Below, piece after piece: positions 1 through 10,297 of a stretch of 64,000 nucleotides of DNA. The stretch is from contig OZ242318.1 in NCBI GenBank assembly GCA_965208105.1, positions 4,448,001 to 4,512,000 of the forward strand, in the 5' to 3' direction. The DNA is from Candidatus Latescibacterota bacterium. GTDB lineage: Bacteria > Latescibacterota > UBA2968 > UBA8231. The translations under genes were made by a program, and so were the position numbers. Position 1 is the first letter of the stretch; each line of letters begins with the position of its first letter. The notes beneath the pieces were generated by a model, which saw nothing but the letters and a program-made list of their open reading frames with translations, was not told the origin of the DNA and did no database searches.

Positions 1-484
1 CAGGAGGCAATGCGCCGAGTTGACGGTGGTGGTCGGCCACTATCACGTCGATTCCCTGGCTCCGGGCAAATTCGATGGCATCGGATGCGGCTATCCCGTT
101 GTCCACGGTAACGAGGACGGAGGATCCCATGTCCATCGCCCTCCCGACACCCGCGGGCTTCATTCCGTAGCCGTCTGCATGGCGGTCGGGAAGGAGGTAA
201 TCGCAGGAGGCCCCGGCGCAGTTCAGGAAATCCAGCAGCAAGGCGGTGCTCGTAACTCCGTCCGCATCGTAATCGCCGAAGACGACGATCTTTTCCCCTC
301 CGCGAATCGCCTCCGCAAGGCGTTCCACACCGCGGTCGAGATCCCTCAACAACTCCGGAGGATGCAGGTTGGCGGGACTGGCGTCCAGGTCGTCCATGGT
401 CAGAGAGCGGACTGCCAAAAGGGATTCCACCAGCGAATCGTAGGTGTCTTCGCAGAGGATTTCCCATACAGGATTGGCGCGCAT
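1..484 (-). CDS. recJ: Single-stranded DNA exonuclease RecJ (DHH family), 5' part; runs off window edge
   Basis: Manual minus-strand translation from ATG 484 gives IVVFGDYDADGVTSTALL, VTVDNG and IVADHH motifs. Absent from the ORF track because it is truncated. Confidence 0.88.
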   Translation of the reverse strand, partial: MRANPVWEILCEDTYDSLVESLLAVRSLTMDDLDASPANLHPPELLRDLDRGVERLAEAIRGGEKIVVFGDYDADGVTSTALLLDFLNCAGASCDYLLPDRHADGYGMKPAGVGRAMDMGSSVLVTVDNGIAASDAIEFARSQGIDVIVADHHRQLGALPP

Positions 485-679
485 TCGGAGTAGTGGTCTC
501 GGGCTGTAGGGGGGGATGGGTTGACAGTTCCTATCGGTTGAATATGGACACCTGGAAAATGGACGTCAAGATCCTGCCGGACTCCTTGCTCGGGGCTGCT
601 GCTTATTTACATTATGGGCAGGCCGAACTCTCCCCGACAGTCCAGGGATCCCCTTCACATTGCCAGATTATTCGACCGG

Positions 680-1936
680 ATGCGCGGGAAATTCCGCTTG
701 TTCAGACAATCTCTCGTCTTCGTCAGTCTGTGGTCCCCGGGCCTGTGCCTGGCTCTGGAGGGGTCCGACGCGGGCGTCGAAATAGGCATCGACCTTCACA
801 GTCCCCCCTGCGGCATCGGTGGGGGAGAGGTGGTCGAGTTCCTCGTCAGCGCGCGCAATATGAGCGACGTGCGCCAGATCAAGCTGGAGATGCGCTGGGA
901 ACCACCCGGCGCGGTCGACAGTGTCACGGCGCAACTGACCGAAGCCAGCCGGCAGCAGGGCCTGATCGCTCCCTTTGCTCCAGAGCTGTATGGATCGCGG
1001 GCGGAGTTCGGCCTGGCCACCTTCGGCGCGGCGGTAAACGGCGACTACGACCTGGCCCTTCTCGGCTTCGAGCTGGCCCCCCACGTGGACGCGGGTACGC
1101 CCATCGCCATCTGGATCGAGGCTGTGTCCCTTGGTCCCTCCTTCGCCGTGCGCGATACCATCCGGCCGGTTCAGGCGACCGCCCTGAGCAATTTCTGCGA
1201 CGCCGGCCAGCGGGTCCACCGCCGGATTCTTTTCGTCAGTCCCCTGGAAGAGCGTCTCTTCTTCTCCATTCCTCCGTCCGGCGGGGCGGCCGACGGCAGC
1301 CAGGGGGAGGTTTCCGTTCGCGCCCGCTTCTTCGACAACGGAAGAGTCGTACCCCGGCAGGTGATCGACTGGACCCTCGACAACACGGGATCCGCGCCGT
1401 TCTATGCATTCGCGGGAGAGGAATCCTTCCGGGTCGATCCGGGCAGCTCCAGGATGATCTCTACTGTGAGCGACGAGCGCGGCGAGGCCGAGGTCCTGGT
1501 GGACGCCGAACCAGGCCCCGAACCGGGATCGGCGGTTGCCGCCCTGACCCTCTGCGGAGAGCGGGCAGGCGGCACCTCCTGCGCCACTTCGCGCCTGACC
1601 TGGGACCTTGGGCCAACCACCATGGTCACCGCGCTCGACTCCCATCCCCGGCAGCGGCTGCAGCTGGGCCAGAACTACCCCAATCCCTTCAATGCGATGA
1701 CTTCCATTCCGTTCTCCGTTTCCCGCACTGCGGCCGCCCCCGTGAGGCTGGAGGTTTTCAACCTGGCCGGGCAGGTCGTCCGGACTCTTGCCCGAGGCCA
1801 CCTGCTTCCCGGTCCTTACGCGCTGACCTGGGACGGGCGCAACCTCCACGGAGAGGACCTTGCCAGCGGCCTCTACATCTATCGTTTGCGCCAGGGTTCC
1901 GAAGACCATGTCCGCAGCATGATGCTCCTGCGCTGA
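680..1936 (+). CDS. Secreted protein with C-terminal FlgD-Ig/T9SS-like sorting domain
   Basis: Signal-peptide-like N-terminus; C-terminal LGQNYPNPFN...WDGRN...ASGLYIYRL...MMLLR. Start may be 614. Confidence 0.75.
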   Translation: MRGKFRLFRQSLVFVSLWSPGLCLALEGSDAGVEIGIDLHSPPCGIGGGEVVEFLVSARNMSDVRQIKLEMRWEPPGAVDSVTAQLTEASRQQGLIAPFAPELYGSRAEFGLATFGAAVNGDYDLALLGFELAPHVDAGTPIAIWIEAVSLGPSFAVRDTIRPVQATALSNFCDAGQRVHRRILFVSPLEERLFFSIPPSGGAADGSQGEVSVRARFFDNGRVVPRQVIDWTLDNTGSAPFYAFAGEESFRVDPGSSRMISTVSDERGEAEVLVDAEPGPEPGSAVAALTLCGERAGGTSCATSRLTWDLGPTTMVTALDSHPRQRLQLGQNYPNPFNAMTSIPFSVSRTAAAPVRLEVFNLAGQVVRTLARGHLLPGPYALTWDGRNLHGEDLASGLYIYRLRQGSEDHVRSMMLLR

Positions 1937-1942
1937 GGTCCC

Positions 1943-3271
1943 ATGAAATTCAAGGATCCCGCCCGGGAAAGGGCCCTTGTCTTGCTCTGCGAACTCGAAT
2001 CTGGAAGGAGGACGCTCGACAGCCTTTCGGCGTACCTGGACCCGCTCGCCCCGAGGGACCGCCGCTTTGCGCGCCAGCTGGTTCTGGGGACCTTGCGCTG
2101 GCGGCGGCGCCTCGACTGGATTGTTGACCAATCGTCGCGGCGGCCCATAGCCTCCTGCTCCTCCCCGGCCCGCCAGATTCTGCGGATGGGTGTATTTCAG
2201 CTGGGCTGGCTCGACAGGGTTCCCGCGCGTGCGGCCGTCCACACCTCGGTGGAGCTGGCCAAGGGAGTTGCCCATCGCGGCGTGGCGGCGCTGGTCAACG
2301 CGGTCCTGCGCCGGGTCGCGCGCCGGATCCACGAGACCGCATATCCCTCGCGGCGGTCGGATGTTGCCGCCTATCTGGGCATCTATCACTCCCATCCCCA
2401 GTGGCTGGTGGATCGCTGGCTGCAAAGATGGGGAGAGGAGGTAACCACCGGCCTGCTCCGTGCAAACAATGCCCGCGCCCCGGTGTGCATTCGCCTGAAC
2501 CCCCTGCGCGCAGGCGCCGCCGAACTGGGGAATTCCCTGGGTGGTGAAGGCTTCCACCTCGAACCGGCCGGGTTGCTGCCCGGATTTTTTGCCGTGCCGG
2601 ACGCAACCGGACTCTTTGAGACCCGGGCCTATGAGGCCGGACTGTTTCAGGCGCAGGACGCCAACGCCGGTCTGGCCGTGGCCCTTCTCGACCCCCGTCC
2701 AGGTGAACGGGTGCTGGATTTGTGCAGCGCCCCGGGAGGCAAGACGACCCAGGCTGCCATGGCCATGGAGGACCGCGGCCTCGTTGTTGCGGCGGACCAC
2801 TCCCACGGGCGCCTGCTGCGGGTGCGGGAAAATGCCCGCAGGCTTGGCCTGAAGAGCATCAGGACGGTGGTTCAGGATGCCCGCACAGGGGGAGGCGAAG
2901 GCTTCGACCGGGTGCTGGCGGACGTTCCATGCAGCGGCAGCGGCACCCTCGGCCGCCATCCGGACGCCCGCTGGAACAGGCGGCCCCGCGACCTGCCCGC
3001 CCTTGTCGAGGTCCAGCAGGCCATCATTGCGGCGGCCTTTGCCCGCCTGAAACCGGGCGGCGTCATGGTCTACAGTACCTGCAGCCTGGAGGATGAGGAG
3101 AACGCAGGGGTGGTGGCGCGGTTCCTGGCGGCCAACGACGACGCCGAGCTGGACCCGGCGGCGGTCGGCATTGGACCGGGACCCTGGGCAGGTCCCTATC
3201 TCCAGACCCGCCCCGACCGCGAGGACGGCGACGGCAGCTTCGCTGCGCGCATCCGCAAGAGGTCGATATGA
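1943..3271 (+). CDS. rsmB: 16S rRNA m5C967 methyltransferase RsmB/Sun
   Basis: NusB-like N-terminus, DLCSAPGGKT, DVPCSGSG and YSTCS motifs. Confidence 0.93.
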   Translation: MKFKDPARERALVLLCELESGRRTLDSLSAYLDPLAPRDRRFARQLVLGTLRWRRRLDWIVDQSSRRPIASCSSPARQILRMGVFQLGWLDRVPARAAVHTSVELAKGVAHRGVAALVNAVLRRVARRIHETAYPSRRSDVAAYLGIYHSHPQWLVDRWLQRWGEEVTTGLLRANNARAPVCIRLNPLRAGAAELGNSLGGEGFHLEPAGLLPGFFAVPDATGLFETRAYEAGLFQAQDANAGLAVALLDPRPGERVLDLCSAPGGKTTQAAMAMEDRGLVVAADHSHGRLLRVRENARRLGLKSIRTVVQDARTGGGEGFDRVLADVPCSGSGTLGRHPDARWNRRPRDLPALVEVQQAIIAAAFARLKPGGVMVYSTCSLEDEENAGVVARFLAANDDAELDPAAVGIGPGPWAGPYLQTRPDREDGDGSFAARIRKRSI

Positions 3272-3873
3272 AGCGGCTTGTGGGCAGAATCGTATATTTC
3301 ATCCTCCTCACAGGGGGAACTGCCGTCCTCGCCCTCCTGGTGCTCGACATCCTGATCATGCCCTACCTGGTGGACGTCGCAAAGGTGCGGGTTCCCGAGC
3401 TGCGCGGCCTCGGCGCCGACCAGGCGCGGCGCGAGCTCGACCGGATGGACCTGCGCCTGGCCATCTCGGACAGTGTATTCCACGAAGAACTGGCTGTCGG
3501 CATGGTCGTCAGCCAGACCCCGCCGGGATCCACCCAGGTCAAGAAGGGCCGCCGCGTAGCGGTCGACGTCAGCGCCGGGAGGCGCCTATATCCCGTACCC
3601 GACGTGGGAAGGGTGAGCCGGCGCGAAGCCAGGCTGCAGCTGGAGGCCTCCCAGCTCCGTCTCGGAGAGGTCGAATTCGCCTACTCGCCTGTCATTCCAC
3701 AAGGCGCCGTCATCCACCAGGCTCCCCGTCCCGGAGTCGGGCTCCCTCGCGGCAGCATGGTCGATCTGACCATCAGCAAAGGGGCGCCTCCAATCCACGA
3801 GCGTCCATCCGGCCTCGAGAGACCGTCACCCGAGGCAGGGCAGGACACCCTGGGCAAAGGAGAAGAACAATGA
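3268..3873 (+). CDS. PASTA domain-containing membrane protein
   Basis: N-terminal TM helix and two VP(E/D)-G...Q-P-PG PASTA repeats; typical position upstream of rpe. Confidence 0.85.
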   Translation: MKRLVGRIVYFILLTGGTAVLALLVLDILIMPYLVDVAKVRVPELRGLGADQARRELDRMDLRLAISDSVFHEELAVGMVVSQTPPGSTQVKKGRRVAVDVSAGRRLYPVPDVGRVSRREARLQLEASQLRLGEVEFAYSPVIPQGAVIHQAPRPGVGLPRGSMVDLTISKGAPPIHERPSGLERPSPEAGQDTLGKGEEQ

Positions 3874-4523
3874 CCGCCGATTCCACCCGGATCGCACCTT
3901 CTCTACTGGCCGCCGATTTCGCCCGGCTTGGAGATGAAATAAAGCGCATGGAGGAGGCCGGAGCCGACCTTTTCCACCTCGACGTCATGGACGGTCATTT
4001 TGTGCCCAACATCAGCTTCGGCATTCCGGTGGTCGAGGCCATCCGCCGGTCGACCCGGCTGAAACTGGACACTCACCTCATGATTTCGGAACCGGACAAG
4101 TACCTCCATGCCTTCTGCGCAGCCGGGGCCGATTCCCTCACCGTGCACGTGGAGGTGTGCCCCCATCCCGAGCGGACCATCGACGCCGTCCACTCCCTGG
4201 ACCTGGAATGTGGTCTCGCAGTCAACCCCTCGACCCCGGTCGACGCTCTCTTCCCCTACCTGGGAGATGTCGACCTGGCCCTGGTCATGTCCGTCGAGCC
4301 CGGATTCGGGGGCCAGTCCTTCCTCCCCCAGGCGGTGCCCAAGATCGATGCGCTGCGGTCCCGCATCGAAGGCCGGGGGATGTCTCTTGCCATCGGGGTG
4401 GACGGGGGAGTCAACGGGGACAACGCCCCGTCCTGCACGGCGGCAGGAGCCCGTCTGCTGGTGGCGGGTTCCTCCGTTTTCGGCGCTCCGGACGCAGCCG
4501 AGGCCATCCGATCCATGCGCTAG
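3870..4523 (+). CDS. rpe: Ribulose-phosphate 3-epimerase
   Basis: IAPSLLAADF, HLDVMDGHFVPN, MSVEPGFGGQ, VDGG; ATG 3870 overlaps the previous stop. Confidence 0.95.
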   Translation: MTADSTRIAPSLLAADFARLGDEIKRMEEAGADLFHLDVMDGHFVPNISFGIPVVEAIRRSTRLKLDTHLMISEPDKYLHAFCAAGADSLTVHVEVCPHPERTIDAVHSLDLECGLAVNPSTPVDALFPYLGDVDLALVMSVEPGFGGQSFLPQAVPKIDALRSRIEGRGMSLAIGVDGGVNGDNAPSCTAAGARLLVAGSSVFGAPDAAEAIRSMR

Positions 4524-4547
4524 CAAGCATAGGCTTCCTGCTTCATA

Positions 4548-4576
4548 TTGCTGAACTTATCCCCTCGACCTATATT
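4548..4576 (+). promoter_or_regulatory. Putative sigma70-type promoter for ffh operon
   Basis: TTGCTG-17 bp-TATATT; the same pattern occurs upstream of the csp gene. Confidence 0.5.
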
Positions 4577-4629
4577 ATTTAGTTTCCCCGGGCCTTTCAT
4601 GCACGGGATTTTTCAGGGGATTTCTCGCC

Positions 4630-5958
4630 ATGTTCGACCGCCTTACCGAGCGTTTTGATGATGTCTTTCGCAAGCTTAGCGGTCGCGGCAAGATCAGCGA
4701 GCGCAACGTCGACGAGGCCCTGCGCGAGATCCGCCGCGCCCTGCTGGAGGCGGACGTCAATTTCAAGGTCGCCAGGAGCTTTATTCAGCGCATCAGGGAG
4801 CGCGCCATCGGCCACGAGGTGATGAGGAGCCTGACGCCGGGCCAGCAGATGATCAAGCTGGTGCACGAAGAGCTGATGGCACTTCTCGGTGGCGAGAACA
4901 GTCCCCTGAGGCTGGCCGACCGTCCTCCCACTGTCGTTTTGCTGGTGGGGCTCCAGGGCTGCGGGAAGACCACGGTTGCCGCCAAGCTCGCCCTGCGGTT
5001 CAAGGAACAGGGCCGCCCCCCGCTGCTGGTCGCCGCCGACGTGTATCGGCCTGCAGCGGTGGACCAGTTGCAAACCCTGGGGGCAGCCATCGATGTTCCG
5101 GTCTATGCTCAGGCGCCTCCATCCGATCCGGTGGAGATCTGCCTCCGTGGACTCGAGGAAGCGCGCGGGTCCAACCGCAGCATCGCCATCGTCGACACTG
5201 CCGGCCGCCTCGGCATCGACGCCGAGATGATGGAGGAATTGGTCGCCATCAAGGCCGCCGTCAGCCCCGATGAGATTCTTTTCGTGGCCGATGCCATGCT
5301 GGGTCAGGACGCTGTGGAGACGGCCGCCCGCTTCCACGAAGGCCTTGCCTTCAGCGGCTGTGTATTGACCAAGATGGATGGCGACGCCCGCGGTGGCGCG
5401 GCCTTGTCAATCCGCGAGGTTACGGGCGCCCCTGTCAAGTTCATCGGTAGCGGAGAAAGACCGGATGATCTCGAATCCTTTCACCCCGACCGCATGGCCG
5501 GCCGGATTCTCGGAATGGGCGATGTCCTCTCCCTCGTGGAAAAGGCGGAGCAGGCCTTCGAGCGCAGAAAGATGGAGAAGATGGAGGAGCGCCTGCGCCG
5601 GCAGAGTTTCACCTTCGACGATTTTCTCGAGCAGGTCGACGCGATCAGGAAGATGGGCCCCCTGGATCAGGTAATGGGAATGATTCCCGGAGGGAACAAC
5701 GCGCTCAAGGGGGTCCGGATGAACCAGTCAGCTTTCGGACAGGTCGAGGCGATAATCCAGTCCATGACCACCGAGGAACGCCGCAGCCCCCAGATCCTCA
5801 ACGGCAGCCGCCGCAAGCGCATCGCCCGGGGAAGCGGAACCACGGTCCAGGATGTCAACCGGCTGGTGAAACAGTTCCAGACCATGCAGAAGATGATGAA
5901 GCAGATGAACCGCAGGAAGCCCGGAAAGATGCAGTTCAACATGCCATTCATGGGCTGA
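4630..5958 (+). CDS. ffh: Signal recognition particle protein
   Basis: GLQGCGKTT, DTAGR, TKMDGDARGG and Met-rich M domain. Confidence 0.97.
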   Translation: MFDRLTERFDDVFRKLSGRGKISERNVDEALREIRRALLEADVNFKVARSFIQRIRERAIGHEVMRSLTPGQQMIKLVHEELMALLGGENSPLRLADRPPTVVLLVGLQGCGKTTVAAKLALRFKEQGRPPLLVAADVYRPAAVDQLQTLGAAIDVPVYAQAPPSDPVEICLRGLEEARGSNRSIAIVDTAGRLGIDAEMMEELVAIKAAVSPDEILFVADAMLGQDAVETAARFHEGLAFSGCVLTKMDGDARGGAALSIREVTGAPVKFIGSGERPDDLESFHPDRMAGRILGMGDVLSLVEKAEQAFERRKMEKMEERLRRQSFTFDDFLEQVDAIRKMGPLDQVMGMIPGGNNALKGVRMNQSAFGQVEAIIQSMTTEERRSPQILNGSRRKRIARGSGTTVQDVNRLVKQFQTMQKMMKQMNRRKPGKMQFNMPFMG

Positions 5959-5992
5959 ATTTCAACGTGCAATCATACAAAGGAGACGGTCA

Positions 5993-6370
5993 TTGGTTAA
6001 ACTGCGCCTGATGAGACTGGGCAAGAGGAAGCGTCCCTTCTACCGGATCGTGGCCATGGACATAAACGCTCCGGCCAATGGTCAAGCCCTGGGCCAGGTG
6101 GGAATCTACGACCCCGTCAACGCCGAGGTGAAGATCGACGAAGACACGGCGCGGTTGTGGCTCGAGCGCGGGGCAGTCATGACCGAAACGGTCAGAACTC
6201 TGTTGAAGAGTCAAGGCGTCCTGGCGCGCTGGAGAGGACTGGAAGGCAGAGTACGGGAGGACACCCTGCACATGGACAAGCCTGCGCGGCGGCGCAAGCT
6301 GGCCCAGAGCAGCGAGCCTGAAATAGCCGCAGATGAAGCCGAAGGGGAGGCCGACCAGCCCCAGGAATGA
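5993..6370 (+). CDS. rpsP: 30S ribosomal protein S16 with C-terminal extension
   Basis: VKLRLMRLGKRKRPFYRIV; TTG start after GGAG; ffh-rpsP-rimM-trmD-rplS synteny. Confidence 0.93.
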   Translation: MVKLRLMRLGKRKRPFYRIVAMDINAPANGQALGQVGIYDPVNAEVKIDEDTARLWLERGAVMTETVRTLLKSQGVLARWRGLEGRVREDTLHMDKPARRRKLAQSSEPEIAADEAEGEADQPQE

Positions 6371-6436
6371 CCGGGGGTTTCGCCCCCCGCTGGTATCTCC
6401 CCTCATTCCCTGCGGGTAGCCGGGAGCAGGTCCTGG

Positions 6437-6967
6437 ATGGGAAATGGTTCTTCGGACCGCGTCGCCGTGGGATACGTCACCGGAACGAAGGGTGTGCGCG
6501 GGGCGGTCAGGGTCGAGGTCCTGACCCACAGTCTCAGCCGCTTCGACGAAATTGCGCAGGTAGTCCTGCAAAAGGAGGGCCAAAAGGACCTGGCGCTTCA
6601 AATCGAGGACTGGCGGCCGGAGCGCCGCGGCATAGTCGTCAAGTTCGCCGGCGTCGACGCACCCGAAACCGCCAGGGAAGTCCTGCTCAGGGGCTATATC
6701 ACCATTGCCCCCGGCGAGGTACCGTCGCCGCCAAGTGGAAAGTACTACATATCCGACCTGATCGGTTGCCGGGTCGAAGACGAGGCAGGCGGGCATCTGG
6801 GGGAAATCGTCGATGTATTGCAGGAACCGTCCACCGATGCCTACGTGGTGAGGGACGGAGGCAACGAGTTTCTGGTTCCGGCGGTGGCCGACTTCATTGT
6901 CGACCTCTCCGTCACCGGGCGGCGGCTGGTCGTCCGGGGCATCGAGGAACTGTTGAAGCCGTTATGA
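6437..6967 (+). CDS. rimM: Ribosome maturation factor RimM
   Basis: VGYVTGTKGVRG, YYISDLIG, LVPAV motifs; synteny. Confidence 0.92.
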   Translation: MGNGSSDRVAVGYVTGTKGVRGAVRVEVLTHSLSRFDEIAQVVLQKEGQKDLALQIEDWRPERRGIVVKFAGVDAPETAREVLLRGYITIAPGEVPSPPSGKYYISDLIGCRVEDEAGGHLGEIVDVLQEPSTDAYVVRDGGNEFLVPAVADFIVDLSVTGRRLVVRGIEELLKPL

Positions 6968-7704
6968 AAATCGACATCGTTTCCCTCTTTCCCGGCTATT
7001 TCACCTCGCCCCTGGACACGAGCATGATTTCCCGGGGCCGGCGCCGGGGACTGGTGGAGATCGCGGTCCACGATCTGCGGACCTTTGCGGTTGACCGCCA
7101 TGGGACCGTGGATGACGCTCCCTACGGCGGTGGAGGGGGAATGGTGATCAAGCCCGAGCCGGTTGCACGGGCTTGGGAGGCCCTCCAGCTCCACCGGGGC
7201 CACTGCATCTACCTGACGGCAGATGGACGGCCCTTCGATCAGCGATTGGCCATGGAGCTGTCCCTGGAAGAACGCCTGGTCTTGCTGTGCGGCCATTACA
7301 AGGGCATCGACGAGCGTTCCCGAGGGCGCTGCATCGACCGGGAGATTTCCGTGGGCGACTACGTCCTCACCGGCGGCGAACCGGCGGCCCTCGTTGTGAT
7401 CGACGCGGTCGTGCGCCTCATTCCGGGCGTGCTGGGAAACTTCAGCTCGGCTCTGGAGGACTCCTTTCACGAAGACCTGCTGGATTGTCCCTGGTACACC
7501 CGGCCCGAGGAGTTCTGCGACGAGAAGGTCCCCGGGGTCCTGCTCAGCGGGGACCACGGGGAAGTGCGCCGGTGGCGCCGGCGCCAGGCCTTGCGCCGCA
7601 CCTTCGAGCGCCGTCCCGATCTTCTGGAAAGGGCCGACCTGGACGAGGAGGAACGCCGTATCATAGCTGGTTGGAGTGAAGGACAAGGCAAGAGCAAGTT
7701 CTAG
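6964..7704 (+). CDS. trmD: tRNA (guanine-N1)-methyltransferase
   Basis: [34 protein letters not shown]; ATG 6964. Confidence 0.96.
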   Translation: MKIDIVSLFPGYFTSPLDTSMISRGRRRGLVEIAVHDLRTFAVDRHGTVDDAPYGGGGGMVIKPEPVARAWEALQLHRGHCIYLTADGRPFDQRLAMELSLEERLVLLCGHYKGIDERSRGRCIDREISVGDYVLTGGEPAALVVIDAVVRLIPGVLGNFSSALEDSFHEDLLDCPWYTRPEEFCDEKVPGVLLSGDHGEVRRWRRRQALRRTFERRPDLLERADLDEEERRIIAGWSEGQGKSKF

Positions 7705-7721
7705 AGAGGAGGAGGGACATC

Positions 7722-8069
7722 ATGGACATGAGCATAATGCGCGAATTGACATCGGATCAGCTGAAAAACGATATCCCCGATTTCAAACCCGGCGACACGT
7801 TGCGCATTCACGTGCGCGTAATCGAGGGAGAGAAGGAACGGGTCCAGGTTTTCGAGGGGGATGTCATACAGCGCAGGGGCAGCGGAATTCAGGAGACCGT
7901 GACCGTGCGCAAGGTCACTCAGGGGGTAGCCGTCGAGCGCATATTTCCGGTGCATTCCCCCCGGGTCTCGCAAATCGAGAACATTCGCCGCGGCAAGGTG
8001 CGGCGGGCCCGCCTGTTCTACCTGCGCAGCCGCAAGGGCAAGGCCGCGCGTATCAAGGAAAGGCGGTAA
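7722..8069 (+). CDS. rplS: 50S ribosomal protein L19
   Basis: [32 protein letters not shown]. Confidence 0.97.
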   Translation: MDMSIMRELTSDQLKNDIPDFKPGDTLRIHVRVIEGEKERVQVFEGDVIQRRGSGIQETVTVRKVTQGVAVERIFPVHSPRVSQIENIRRGKVRRARLFYLRSRKGKAARIKERR

Positions 8070-8075
8070 ACTGCC

Positions 8076-8312
8076 ATGGACCGGGCGCACGACCATTCCT
8101 TTCCCTTTGCCAGGAAGAACTGGATAATCTTCGCCCTCGGAATCGCGGTCATCCTCCTCGGCTATGTTCTTCTGAGCATCCCTCCCGCCGACGGCTTCCT
8201 GTCCCTGACCCTGGCCCCCATCCTGCTGGTGGCGGGTTACTGTATTCTGATCCCCATGACCATTCTGGCCAAGGCCGGTGCGGGCAAGTCATCGGACAGC
8301 AAGGAAAAATGA
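8076..8312 (+). CDS. Small two-TM membrane protein (DUF3098-like)
   Basis: PFARKNWIIF...LTLAPILLVAGY; two hydrophobic helices. Confidence 0.7.
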   Translation: MDRAHDHSFPFARKNWIIFALGIAVILLGYVLLSIPPADGFLSLTLAPILLVAGYCILIPMTILAKAGAGKSSDSKEK

Positions 8313-9187
8313 CCCAGGCACGGGAAGGGAAAGCCCCCTTCAAAAAAGGGAATGGGGCAGGAGAAAAAGATGCCCGCCCCGCCGATCTCTACACCTTTTC
8401 GAAGCTGGCCCCTGGCGTGGAGAGGCTCGAAGACGTGGGGGAGGAAGAGGTTCGATTCTTCAAGGCCCAGGGTTACCTTGTCGTTCACGGTCTCTTCGGT
8501 CACGAACAGGTGGATGAGGCCCGGCGGGCAGTCCGCGACCTCATCGGCGGCAGCCGGAATGATTTCCGCGGGGTGCAGTTCGAGCCCGCTGCCCGCGGCA
8601 AACAGCGAGAGCTCAGCCCCGAGGAAAGGCAACTTTCCGTGCGCAAGCTGCACGGCTTCGTCGACTTCGACCGCCGCCTCGGGGATATGGCGGCCGATCC
8701 GGGCCTGCTCTCCCTGCTCGAACGCCTGATGGGTGCGGCGCCCGTACTCTTCCAGGACATGGCCCTTCTCAAGCCGCCGCACATAGGCAGCGAGAAGCCC
8801 TGGCACCAGGACTGCGCCTATTTCAATCTACCCCTGGGAACAATCGTGATAGGCGCCTGGATCGCCCTGGATGAGGCCACCTGCGAGAACGGATGCCTGC
8901 ACATAATGCCCGGGTCACATCTCCAGGATCCCATGCCCCACTTCAGGCGCCGCGACTGGCAGATCTGCGATGCCGATGTCCGCGTCGGGGGGGACGTGGC
9001 GGTTCCCCTCGAACCTGGAGGCTGCCTGCTCTGGCATGGGCTCACCCACCACGGCAGTCCGGCCAACAGGTCGAACGAGACCCGCCGCGCCCTGCAGTTT
9101 CACTACAAGCCCGCGGGCACCGAGGATGTCACGGTGGAGGAACGCATGGAGATTTTCGGCGGTGAGGTGCGGGGGGCGGAGTGTTAG
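8309..9187 (+). CDS. Phytanoyl-CoA dioxygenase (PhyH) family Fe/2OG enzyme
   Basis: WHQD, WIALD, NGCL, PGSH, HHGSPAN, RRA motifs. Confidence 0.88.
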   Translation: MTQAREGKAPFKKGNGAGEKDARPADLYTFSKLAPGVERLEDVGEEEVRFFKAQGYLVVHGLFGHEQVDEARRAVRDLIGGSRNDFRGVQFEPAARGKQRELSPEERQLSVRKLHGFVDFDRRLGDMAADPGLLSLLERLMGAAPVLFQDMALLKPPHIGSEKPWHQDCAYFNLPLGTIVIGAWIALDEATCENGCLHIMPGSHLQDPMPHFRRRDWQICDADVRVGGDVAVPLEPGGCLLWHGLTHHGSPANRSNETRRALQFHYKPAGTEDVTVEERMEIFGGEVRGAEC

Positions 9188-9321
9188 CAACCCGTCCAAA
9201 GGGGAAACCCAGGGGAATCCTCCTCCCGGCCACGGACGCCGGCTCGGAGGCGGCGGGGCGGCAACCTGCAGATCGTCAACCCTGATGGGGGCACCGCCAT
9301 TCGCCGGCCCAAGGAGCATTC

Positions 9322-10194
9322 ATGGTCACCGATCTCGATACCTACCTTTTCGACCTGCTCGGCTATCTGTTCCTGCCCGGGGCCCTCACCCCTGACGAGG
9401 TAGCCGATCTCAACGCCTGCCTCGACGACATCCCATCCCTGGAACCCGGAGAATGGTACGGCTACATCCACGCCCACCAGTATGGAACCAGCGACGGTCT
9501 CAATCTCCAGCAGATCTACGAGGCGGGTGCTCCTTTCGAGAACCTGATCGACCATCCGGCCTGGATAGACAAGGTCAAGCACTTTGTCGGACAAAACGGC
9601 TTCGACTGCAACCACGGTCCGCTCTTTATCGATGAGGATTTTGCCAACTTCCGCGGACCGGGAGAGGCCATAGGGCTGCACTCAGGGGCGCACATTGCCT
9701 GCAAGCGCAACCAGTACCGCTTTCTGAACGGCCACTTCATGTGCGGCCAGGTGAATATCCTCATCGCCCTGACCGATATCGGCCAGGGAGACGGCGGGAC
9801 CATGCTCATCCCCGCCAGCCACAAGGCCAATTTCGAGCATCCGCACCTGGCAAGGCACAGTATAGGCAAGGGGGCTTCGGCAGAGGGGGTGGAGGGAGCC
9901 ATCGAAATCCACATGGAGGCGGGGGACGTCCTGCTCTTCGTCGATGCCCTTTCCCACGGGTCGGCCAGGCGCGTCAACCCGGGTATTCGGCGCGTCGTCG
10001 TCTACCGCTACGGCTCATCCTGGAACACCTTCCGCTTCGGCTACCAGCCTTCTCCCGAACTGCTGCAGCGGCTCACTCCCCAACGCCGGCAGATCGTCCA
10101 GCCATTTCAGCTGCTGCCCAGGTTGCCCAACAGGAAACCAGGAGCGGAAGGCGGGGCAGATAATCCGAACCTGATCCAGGCATCTGAAAAATAG
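9322..10194 (+). CDS. PhyH-family Fe/2OG enzyme with HxG instead of HxD
   Basis: YLFDLLGYL, LHSG, DGGT...PASHK, AGDVLLF...HGS...RR. Confidence 0.82.
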   Translation: MVTDLDTYLFDLLGYLFLPGALTPDEVADLNACLDDIPSLEPGEWYGYIHAHQYGTSDGLNLQQIYEAGAPFENLIDHPAWIDKVKHFVGQNGFDCNHGPLFIDEDFANFRGPGEAIGLHSGAHIACKRNQYRFLNGHFMCGQVNILIALTDIGQGDGGTMLIPASHKANFEHPHLARHSIGKGASAEGVEGAIEIHMEAGDVLLFVDALSHGSARRVNPGIRRVVVYRYGSSWNTFRFGYQPSPELLQRLTPQRRQIVQPFQLLPRLPNRKPGAEGGADNPNLIQASEK

Positions 10195-10297
10195 CCGCTT
10201 CTTTCGGGATTCCCGGGACGGTCCTTCCTCTCGAAATTTCTGCCGGGATTCAAGGCCAAGGGAACCTCAGCCGGTGCCCAGCTGCTTCAAATCAATC

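Noticed and set aside
20-2959. Long ORFs 20-493(+), 493-2127(+) and 668-2959(-)
   Set aside because: Shadow or alternate frames of recJ, the secreted protein and rsmB.
9252-9280. GGGGCGGCAACC resembling the attC-like end block between the PhyH genes
   Set aside because: No partner arm or TAAC/GTTA boxes at the right spacing, and wrong orientation to the flanking genes; likely chance in GC-rich DNA.
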